Source: Zancudomyces culisetae HAW-14-8 (lineage: Eukaryota > Fungi > Kickxellomycota). From it: a stretch of 64,000 nt of DNA. The stretch covers positions 2,232,001 through 2,296,000 of the forward strand of contig JBNJNM010000021.1 of assembly GCA_052426225.1 (NCBI GenBank), in the 5' to 3' direction. The notes beneath the pieces were generated by a model. That model did not search any database, was not told where the DNA came from, and saw nothing but the letters and a program-made list of their open reading frames with translations. Below are positions 49,080 through 57,621 of this stretch, piece after piece. A program made the position numbers and the translations under genes. The number at the start of each line of letters is the position of its first letter. The first letter of the stretch is position 1.

Positions 49080-49748
49080 ATGAATAAAAGATATGATAAC
49101 CAATACAATGTGAACGAAGCTGGTGCTAGTCCTGGTGATAAAGAAAGGGGTAAAATCAGATATAAACACGCTTTGTTGATTGTTACTGTGATGATAGTGC
49201 TGGGTGGATTATCAGCTCTGACGTATTTTTATTTCCCAAGAACACCTCAAGTACAAATAATAAGCTATCATATGGGATATGCTAACTCGTCCAAGGGTCC
49301 CCCAGTAATCCAACGAGGTTCGACTGATCTAAGCAACATCGACAGACTAAACAGTGATAAAGTGTCAGTTGTTGTAGAGGTCTCCATCTCCAACCCAAAC
49401 CATTTTGGATTCACCTTTAACAATGTTTATTTAGACTTGTTTTTCAAGCTGGTGAATGGAAGATATATAGGCTTTGGGAGTGGCTCCCTTCCTGATAAGG
49501 TTAATATACCTCCACGATCGAATGAAGTAATATTCCTGAATTGTAAATTCGATGTTCATGTATCTAATACAATGTTCGACTTTGTGGTTTCTGAACTCGC
49601 GAAAGCGTGCAATGAAAATAAAAAAAACAATATGATTGAATCAATGTATAAGGCGCAGGTGTTTTTACCAATAACAAGTATGTTACAGCTGGTGCCTATT
49701 GTAATTGGAAATATTCATTTTCAGTGCACAGAGTTTATTGGAGCATAA
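49080..49748 (+). CDS. Type II membrane protein with a LEA_2/WHy-like beta domain
   Basis: One TM helix followed by 'FPRTPQV', 'VSISNPNHFGFTF', 'GSGSLP..VNIPPRS' and paired Cys near the C-terminus. Confidence 0.6.
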   Translation: MNKRYDNQYNVNEAGASPGDKERGKIRYKHALLIVTVMIVLGGLSALTYFYFPRTPQVQIISYHMGYANSSKGPPVIQRGSTDLSNIDRLNSDKVSVVVEVSISNPNHFGFTFNNVYLDLFFKLVNGRYIGFGSGSLPDKVNIPPRSNEVIFLNCKFDVHVSNTMFDFVVSELAKACNENKKNNMIESMYKAQVFLPITSMLQLVPIVIGNIHFQCTEFIGA

Positions 49749-49790
49749 CCAAATTAAAATTAAAATAAATTAGAAATTGTAGTTTACAGT

Positions 49791-49833
49791 TTGTAATATG
49801 TGATTTGTAATACGTGATTTGTAATATGTAATT
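49791..49833. repeat. Three copies of a 14-bp tandem repeat TTGTAATAYGTRAT
   Basis: Directly visible in the 3' flank of the LEA_2-like gene. Confidence 0.8.
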
Positions 49834-51867
49834 TTAGATATAATTATTTTGGTTCCTGACCAAAACTTTATAATAATAGCGTCACAAAAAAAAGTACATG
49901 TATAATAATAAAGGTGTGTGTAAGATTAGGGCACTGGTTGGATGAATTTGAAGATTGGGCTCTGACAAATTTGACAAATTATTCGGTGACAGATTTACGT
50001 AAACTATGCCTAAAGACTTCTCTTGCTCTAAGGTAATTAGTTTGAACTTGAAGCCAGCTAGAAGTAAAAAAACATTTGTCAGACCAGACAACAACATATG
50101 ATCAGGCAATCAAAAAAAAGCGTTAAAGTAACACATAACTAGCAATATATATTTATCTACTCACATTTTAATTGCCCACAAATTAAACCTTCACTAAAAC
50201 AAGAGTAAATATAATATGATTTTTATCTTTATTTATCTTTTTAATATCGCAAAGTTCGTATACTAAATTAGTTGAAATTACAGATTTGAATTTTGGATAA
50301 AGTTTGAAGGGAATTACAATTCTTGTTTTTTCGTATATACAGGAAAACATTCTGAAATATTATTATAGTAAAATTAAGGCTGTGTTATGTGAGAGAATAC
50401 AATAAAATTGTGAATAACTTGTATCAAAAATCAATGTGGTGAAAATTGTGTTAAGAAACCGTGCTCTTATATTGTAGATATTCTTGCGCTTTTTGTGCAA
50501 AGTATCTGTATAGGAAATAATGATGTAATATAATAGCGATGGATTATCACTACTTAAGGAACGATAGGTAATCATTGGTTTCCAGCCACATTTATGATGC
50601 TTGCAATATAAAGGATTCCACTTTTCTCCTTAAGTGTGATAAACGGTTTGTCAACACCAGTTCAAATCCTATCAAACTTTAAAAATAGATATAGCCATAA
50701 TTTTAAACTATACGTGTTTTTGTATATCAAAATAAATGTAATTAATGGTTTGTGTCAATTTTCTATATACTCAAAAAAAAATATTTTGTTTAATTGATAT
50801 TTTCCACACTGCGTGAACATTACGTATTAGGACTGGAAACATAGCACCTATAACGGATAAAGTGTTTTATGATTAAAAAAACTACGGAAAGATTTGTATG
50901 CTAGAGTATGAACTAAACAAATGCTAAAGTAGCAAGCTTAATTACGTATTGAAACTGATAGTTTTGGTAAGCGTAATTAAACTAATTCAAGTTCTATATA
51001 AACTAGTCAAAATATATGAATCTATAGGTACAGGTATTTGTACATAATACTAGATCGTATCTACTCTATTAAGGACGGAGACTGATCCAGATGGTTCTAC
51101 AATTAGTAAAATTAGTTATCCTTAAATATAGCACCAAAAGTTCAAAATTTGGGATGTATTTTATAATTTCATAATAATGCGGCATTTTTCCTATTTTTAT
51201 AACAATTCAGCTGTACTAAATATACTTATATTTTGAGATTATATTTAAAGTTGGTGAAAGTAGGCTATCTATTTTATCTTCAATAAAATTGTATTTAAAC
51301 ACTTGAAAAACTAGAAATTGAAATATTAGTACTTTAATATACATACACTCAAATATATTAAATAGTAAAATGTGGAATGATCTAATAATTACTTTTGCCT
51401 CGATATTTTATAATAGGATGACTCTTTTAATTATACTTTAGACCAAAAATATTACAGTAACAATTAAATAAGTTTAGCAAATATATATATCTCATTCATA
51501 GAAATTGATCACAATATTATGTTTAAATGTATTATAGTATATAATACTTTATAAAAATAGTGTATGGAAATTATAGATATTCAATAGAAATACGTAATCA
51601 AAATTATTTTAGAAATTGAACTCTTTGTTCCTTGGCGATTTTCGTTAGGCTTTTTTAGTGAGAAAGTTCGATAGTAAGCTTTGATTCAGTATCATATCTT
51701 TTTACAAAATAAACAGATATAATAAGAGTTTGCAGTATTTAGCGATTAGTATATATTTTTAAAATCATTATAACGGATTAATTGAGCCTATTAATCGAAG
51801 CTACAGGGTACATTCACACAACATTTATCCCTAAAACCCAATATAAAAAATAAATAAATTAGTTAAG

Positions 51868-51877
51868 TATATATATA
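51868..51877 (+). promoter_or_regulatory. TATATATATA, the probable original upstream TATA of the tRNA-Gly gene, now displaced by the insertions
   Basis: In the reconstructed empty site it lies about -33 to -24 from the mature tRNA 5' end. Confidence 0.55.
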
Positions 51878-51897
51878 GGTAAATTCTTTGACAAAAA

Positions 51898-52286
51898 TGT
51901 CGCATCAAAGATCGACAGATGGGCGTCTCACTCGGGTTATAGCGAGTGAGATGTGATGATTTACCTAGTGCTTTTCACCTATGAGGTTTTTCACTATGCG
52001 TAAATCATCATTTCCCAAATATTAATTAATTTCGGATGGTTTTTATATTATTCATAGTATTTTAATATATTAGTATATACGAGGAAAATGCATTTAAGCA
52101 CTGCTTTTTCTCTTCTATGTTTTTAGCATCTTATTTTCGGATTAGTATTTAGTATACACTTTATTATAATAAAACAATATTAACAAAAGAACTAAGGTCC
52201 TACCGCTTACTGGTAGTAAATAAACATAATACTAGTGAAAGCAGTAAAGTCGGATAAGACCGACAAACGGAAAATAAATTCCGACA
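51898..52286 (+). repeat. Element 1 5' LTR
   Basis: TGTCG...CGACA termini; direct repeat of 56833-57221. Confidence 0.97.
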
Positions 52287-52287
52287 G

Positions 52288-52305
52288 TGGGGGCTTGACC
52301 GGGGA
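52288..52305 (+). promoter_or_regulatory. Primer binding site, tRNA-Pro type
   Basis: TGGGGGCTTGACCGGGGA, 1 nt after the LTR. It closely resembles the classic tRNA-Pro PBS TGGGGGCTCGTCCGGGAT. Confidence 0.8.
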
Positions 52306-52444
52306 CAGCCAAAAACATCTTAATAAAGAAAATAAAAATTCAAAAAATAATAATAAAGTATTAATTAACCAGCACACAGTTGTCGAAAGTATTACCAATA
52401 CTAAGACACTACGAGAATTTGTCAATTCTAAGAGACCAGAAATC

Positions 52445-55400
52445 ATGCAGTTACCAAAATTTGATTCCAAATCCATGATGGATGCTACAGAATGGATTGA
52501 AGACTACGAGTTATTAGCATCGTACAACAGGTGGAGTGATACAGAGAAAGTGGAGTTTATGCGCATTTACTTAGGAACCAAGGAGACCATTTGGTTTAGG
52601 AAGTACAAAGGAAAATTCAATAACTGGGAAACCACTAAGACAATGTTTACAAACAAGTTCAAAGAAGAGGACAGCAAGTATGCAGTGTGGGAGAAACTCA
52701 ACGGAATGAAGTTAGACGAATACCAGGACATGGATGAGTTTGAATGGGAGTTAGAGGAGTTATTTGAGAGGGCAGGAATTAAGGATGATGACTACAAACT
52801 TAATTGTTTTGTAAGAACAATTAACACATCACTGAGAACCCAAATAAACAGTACCAATCCCAAAACATGGGAAGAGGCTTTTGTTCTGATTAAAAACCTT
52901 TTAACTACAAAACAAGTGAACAAAGTTGTCGTTAAGGACAGTACACAAAGATATACTGGAATTTCAGTAGGGCCAGTTATGGAGAAGACGCAAATAAAAG
53001 AAGAAGAATTGGAAAGCAAGATTGAGGACAGGTTGCTAGGCAGGTTGGAGAAATTATTTGCAGCACAGCGTGCAGATATTAATGCAGACGTAGATAAATT
53101 AATCGAGTGTAGGTTCAAGGAGCGAGATGAACGTGATAGGAGACAAGGACAGTATAACAAGATTGTGTGTGAATCTTGCGGAATACGAGGGCATAATAAA
53201 TATGAGTGCAGAAGAAGAAATGGTGGTACAAACAACCGCGAGGACCAAAAGGTAACTAACCCAAATGTGAATATAGTGGAGTTAGTAGAAGAAGCGGGGA
53301 ACGTTGATGAAGAAGTTTTTGCACTTGAGAAACGCCGCAGAGAGAGTGAAAGTTCACAGAGGGAAAGCGGAAAACGTAGTAAAAATAATAACCAAGAAGG
53401 ACAAGTTTCATTGCAAAATATTGAACCCAGTGATCCAACAAACTTACTTGCAGATACTAATAACAACACAAATATTAGAGCAGCTAGTAAAAACGAGTTT
53501 TCACTGGCCGAAGAGTTGAAAAAAATGCAGATCAAAATATCCTTACCTCAACTTTTGGATATTTCTCCAGCAATGTGCGACGAGTTTTACACGTTTGGAA
53601 TTTCGGCAAGGCGGCCCGACGTTAACGAGTTAGTCGTTGACAGCATGCAAAGCACCAACTGTAAGGTTAAAGTAACTATTTTTGGAGTAGTAGCGGCTGC
53701 CGTAATCGATACAGGAGCTGCATGCTCGATAATAACTTTAAAATTATTAAATAAATGTGGAATTGAGGCGGACAAGAAAAGTACTCAGTCTATAATCACA
53801 GCAGACGGCAATCGCCATCCGGTACTGGGTATTGTACATGACGTACCTATAAAAATATCAGATACAACTTTTCCAATAAACTTACTGATTATCAACCGTG
53901 ATGACGATGCGCTTATTTTAGGAACCGATTGGCTCGTAAAATATAAAGTAAAAATTGATCTTTCAGTTCCAAAGTTAATACTACCTCTGGAAAATTCGGA
54001 TATCCACATAATGCTTAATCTTTTTATACCAGTCGAATTAAGTAATCACAAAGAAACGGAGGTCTATTTTTTATTAAAAGAATGTCAAAGTGAATCAGAT
54101 GAAGACATTATTTTAAAAAATATGTATACAGATCTTTTGGAAGAATATAAAGATATTTTTGTAAGTGATCTGCAAGAGCTAACACAAACAACAGTAGCCG
54201 AACATATAATTACATTAACTGATAATAATCCAATCAAGCTCCGACCTTATAGAATACCCAAAACATTGCAAGAGGAAGTTAAAAAGGAACTTAAGCTCAT
54301 GGAAGAAAAAAAAATCATATCACCATCGCAATCGGATTGGTGTTCTCCACTGGTGGTGGTGTGGAAGAAAAACGGGAAGATGAGGATCTGTACAGACTAC
54401 AGACGTCTTAATGCTATAACCAAGAAAGACGCATACCCTCTCCCATCGGTGGAAGACCTATTCATGGCGTTGTCAGGTGCTAGAATATTTAGCACACTTG
54501 ACGCCATGAGTGGGTTTTGGCAGATCAAATTAAGAGAACAGGATAAAGAGAAGACAGCGTTCTCCATTCCAGGACACGGAAGCTTCCATTATAACGTCAT
54601 GCCGTTTGGCTTAACCAACAGCCCGGCAACGTTTCAAAGGACCATGGAGAAGGTCCTGTCCCCAGTTTTGTGGAAGTCAGCAATAGTTTTTGTAGATGAT
54701 GTAGTTGTGTTTTCTGACTCTCCAGAACAGCACAAAGAAGATCTTAGGACAGTATTTAACCTATTTAAAACGCAAAAAATCCAACTGCATAGAGACAAGT
54801 GTCATATTGGAAAAAGGGAAATCGAGTATTTAGGTCACCACATTAGTGACAAGGGAATTTCAACCAGTAAAAGTAAAGTTGAATCAATAAGTAAAATAAT
54901 AGCACCAACTAATGTTAAAGAATTACAATCAGTATTGGGATTATTAGGTTACTACCGTAAATTTGTAAACAACTTTGCGAGCATCGCTAAACCACTTACA
55001 ACATTATTAAGAAAAAATACAGCATGGAGTTGGGACAATGAGAAACAAGAGTCACTAAATATTTTGAAGCAGGCATTGATGGAAGCACCTGTTCTAATAC
55101 ATCCGGACTGGACAAAGCCATTTGTCATAACCACAGACGCAAGCAAAAACGGTATAGGCGCAATTTTATCACAAATGACTGCAACTGGTGAGAGACCAAT
55201 CGAATATATCAGCAGAACCACAAACGTTCACGAACAGAATTATTCCATCTCACACCTCGAAGGACTTGCAGTGGTGTGGGCTGTGACAAAATTTAAGTAC
55301 TACATTTGGGGAACCAGGTTTACAATACGAACCGATCACAAATCACTTATGCAACTATTCAACAGCGCAGAAATCACAGGTAGGCTGGCCCGGTGGGCCA

Positions 55401-56818
55401 TGATTTTGCGTAACTATGATTACGACTTGGAACACATAGCGGGTAGCACAAACCCAGCGGATATCTTATCACGTAATCCTTTAACCGTAGCAAACGAGGA
55501 ACCCTTAGAAGTTTATTCAATTGATTTGGCATGGTACGAAGCAATTAAACATTTTATCAGCACCTCAGAGTATCCACACAATGCAACACCGGAAATCAGG
55601 AATAAAGTAAGGAATAGAGCCAAACAAGTTTTAGTCAAAGGAGGGAAGCTTTATAAGAAAGTTGGACAACAGTACAAAGAATTATTACATGAAGTTAATG
55701 TTGAGTTAGAGGTGAGGAAAATACATGACGAATGTCATGAGGGCATTAGAAGTACACTGAGAAGAGTTACCGAAAAATACTGTGGAAGAGGGTTATTCAA
55801 AGTTGTTGAGAAGGTAGTAAAAACATGTAATACATGTCAGTTTTATGATGGAGGAAAATCTAGAAAACATGAATTGGAACCGATTATAAGCTCAAGACCA
55901 TTCGAAATTTTCGGCATAGACGCCGTGGGTCCTATTTCACCTGTAACAGAAAGTGGCAATAGGTACATTTTGACTGCAATAGATTATTGCACAAAATGGC
56001 CTGTAGCGGCAGCAGTCTCTAACATCACCAGTGAAACAATTATCAGCTTCATCATGAACCATATTATTCAGCATTATGGCATTCCGCAGCAGATAATAAC
56101 CGATCGAGGCTCCGGCTTCGTAAGTGAGGCTACCACTAATGTATTCAATTGGTTAGGAGTTGAACACACTCCGAGTACCTCCTACCGACCGCAAAGTAAC
56201 GGCCAGGTAGAGAGGTTAAACCAGACACTTAAGAATACTTTACGGAAACAATGTAGGACTGACATGAAAAATTGGGATCTTTTTCTTTGGAAATCATTAT
56301 TGATAATAAGAACATTGGTATCCAAATCGACTAAATATAGTCCAGCACAGTTACTATATGGAATTCAACCACAGTTATCAACAACATGGAAATATAATGG
56401 CGAGATAGAGAACGAAGAAGAGCTAGTCAATTCTCGTATTTTAGCCATAAACGACCAATTACCCGAACTTAGAAAATTAGCTCACCAGCATAACCTAGTA
56501 GCAAAAAAGCGTGATGAAAAAAGCTATAATAAGAGAGTAAAGATATTTAAATTTAATATTGGTAATACTGTACTTAGGTTAGTAGAAGGAGATAAGTTAA
56601 AGCTAGGCAAAACATGGGAAGGACCATACCAAATTACTAGGGAGTTAAACAAAGGGGTTTATGTAATTACTGATAACACAGGAAGAAGAGAACTGTGTAA
56701 TGGAGACAGCCTGAAACTGTACCGCGAATCCGAGCACATGATTCCAGATGTAGGCCCACGACTGCAAACTCGACTTAGAAGATTCAAACAAATTCGCGAC
56801 CCTTCAATTCGCGCTTAA
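52445..56818 (+). CDS. Gag-Pol polyprotein of element 1 (first ATG at 52445; the frame is open from 52235)
   Basis: Gag 'LPKFD..W', CCHC 'CESCGIRGHNKYEC', protease DTGA, RT 'MPFGLTNSPATFQ...FVDD', RNase H 'TDAS', integrase HHCC and D-D35-E, GPY motif 'WEGPYQI'. No chromodomain seen. Confidence 0.97.
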   Translation: MQLPKFDSKSMMDATEWIEDYELLASYNRWSDTEKVEFMRIYLGTKETIWFRKYKGKFNNWETTKTMFTNKFKEEDSKYAVWEKLNGMKLDEYQDMDEFEWELEELFERAGIKDDDYKLNCFVRTINTSLRTQINSTNPKTWEEAFVLIKNLLTTKQVNKVVVKDSTQRYTGISVGPVMEKTQIKEEELESKIEDRLLGRLEKLFAAQRADINADVDKLIECRFKERDERDRRQGQYNKIVCESCGIRGHNKYECRRRNGGTNNREDQKVTNPNVNIVELVEEAGNVDEEVFALEKRRRESESSQRESGKRSKNNNQEGQVSLQNIEPSDPTNLLADTNNNTNIRAASKNEFSLAEELKKMQIKISLPQLLDISPAMCDEFYTFGISARRPDVNELVVDSMQSTNCKVKVTIFGVVAAAVIDTGAACSIITLKLLNKCGIEADKKSTQSIITADGNRHPVLGIVHDVPIKISDTTFPINLLIINRDDDALILGTDWLVKYKVKIDLSVPKLILPLENSDIHIMLNLFIPVELSNHKETEVYFLLKECQSESDEDIILKNMYTDLLEEYKDIFVSDLQELTQTTVAEHIITLTDNNPIKLRPYRIPKTLQEEVKKELKLMEEKKIISPSQSDWCSPLVVVWKKNGKMRICTDYRRLNAITKKDAYPLPSVEDLFMALSGARIFSTLDAMSGFWQIKLREQDKEKTAFSIPGHGSFHYNVMPFGLTNSPATFQRTMEKVLSPVLWKSAIVFVDDVVVFSDSPEQHKEDLRTVFNLFKTQKIQLHRDKCHIGKREIEYLGHHISDKGISTSKSKVESISKIIAPTNVKELQSVLGLLGYYRKFVNNFASIAKPLTTLLRKNTAWSWDNEKQESLNILKQALMEAPVLIHPDWTKPFVITTDASKNGIGAILSQMTATGERPIEYISRTTNVHEQNYSISHLEGLAVVWAVTKFKYYIWGTRFTIRTDHKSLMQLFNSAEITGRLARWAMILRNYDYDLEHIAGSTNPADILSRNPLTVANEEPLEVYSIDLAWYEAIKHFISTSEYPHNATPEIRNKVRNRAKQVLVKGGKLYKKVGQQYKELLHEVNVELEVRKIHDECHEGIRSTLRRVTEKYCGRGLFKVVEKVVKTCNTCQFYDGGKSRKHELEPIISSRPFEIFGIDAVGPISPVTESGNRYILTAIDYCTKWPVAAAVSNITSETIISFIMNHIIQHYGIPQQIITDRGSGFVSEATTNVFNWLGVEHTPSTSYRPQSNGQVERLNQTLKNTLRKQCRTDMKNWDLFLWKSLLIIRTLVSKSTKYSPAQLLYGIQPQLSTTWKYNGEIENEEELVNSRILAINDQLPELRKLAHQHNLVAKKRDEKSYNKRVKIFKFNIGNTVLRLVEGDKLKLGKTWEGPYQITRELNKGVYVITDNTGRRELCNGDSLKLYRESEHMIPDVGPRLQTRLRRFKQIRDPSIRA

Positions 56819-56832
56819 AGGGGGGGGAGAAC

Positions 56833-57221
56833 TGTCGCATCAAAGATCGACAGATGGGCGTCTCACTCGGGTTATAGCGAGTGAGATGTGATGATTTACC
56901 TAGTGCTTTTCACCTATGAGGTTTTTCACTATGCGTAAATCATCATTTCCCAAATATTAATTAATTTCGGATGGTTTTTATATTATTCATAGTATTTTAA
57001 TATATTAGTATATACGAGGAAAATGCATTTAAGCACTGCTTTTTCTCTTCTATGTTTTTAGCATCTTATTTTCGGATTAGTATTTAGTATACACTTTATT
57101 ATAATAAAACAATATTAACAAAAGAACTAAGGTCCTACCGCTTACTGGTAGTAAATAAACATAATACTAGTGAAAGCAGTAAAGTCGGATAAGACCTACA
57201 AATGGAAAATAAATTCCGACA
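56833..57221 (+). repeat. Element 1 3' LTR
   Basis: Preceded by the PPT AAGGGGGGGGAGA. Differs from the 5' LTR only at 57197 and 57203. Confidence 0.97.
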
Positions 57222-57226
57222 AAAAA

Positions 57227-57612
57227 TGTCGTATGTTTTTAAAACTTTTATTATAATTTATATACTACAGTACGACGAGGCTGAGTATATATTAATTTTG
57301 GCTCGGTACTCTTTTATAGTCTTTTAGTATAAATTGTTTTATTTAATAATATATAAACGCTATGATTTTGAGTGAATTTCGAACAAGATTCCTTAGAATC
57401 TTGTTTCGTCGTATTTAAAGGTTTTTTCCTAAAATAGTTTATACTATTATGAAAGTATTAATATATAAACATAGTAATAAAATATAAAATATAGACAACG
57501 TTGAACCACTAATTGTAGCAAAAACCACAATGGTGAAAAGGCCACTTTAGGACAATGGTTCAACGTTGGTCCTTTCTTAGCGTGTGTGTAAGTATTATAA
57601 ACACACACGACA
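57227..57612 (-). repeat. Element 2 3' LTR
   Basis: TGTCGT...ACGACA termini; adjacent to the PPT. Confidence 0.97.
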
Positions 57613-57621
57613 ACCCCCTCC

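Larger units (their letters stand above)
51898..57221 (+). mobile_element. Full-length Ty3/Gypsy LTR retrotransposon (element 1, 5324 bp)
   Basis: 389-bp TG...CA LTRs at 51898-52286 and 56833-57221 with 2 mismatches. PBS at 52288, PPT at 56817-56830, flanked by AAAAA on both sides, and a single gag-PR-RT-RH-IN ORF. Confidence 0.98.

Noticed and set aside
50938-50980. Isolated inverted repeat TTAATTACG...CGTAATTAA
   Set aside because: Single AT-rich hairpin with no second copy, TSD or context; compatible with chance.
51500-51893. Possible third (solo) LTR ending in TGACA just left of element 1
   Set aside because: No matching TGTC start or shared LTR motifs were found. The sequence is better explained as the native tRNA 5' flank (TATA plus CAA).
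51954-52010. LTR hairpin read as a hammerhead or hairpin ribozyme, SECIS or C/D snoRNA (it contains TGATGA)
   Set aside because: It lacks the CUGAUGA/GAAA hammerhead core, the hairpin-ribozyme loops and a D box. TGATGA is fully paired and is not conserved in the second LTR.
52235-52444. Upstream GTG extension of the element 1 ORF through U5 and the PBS
   Set aside because: It starts inside the LTR at a non-ATG codon. Gag similarity begins at ATG 52445, and an A-rich leader is easily open by chance.
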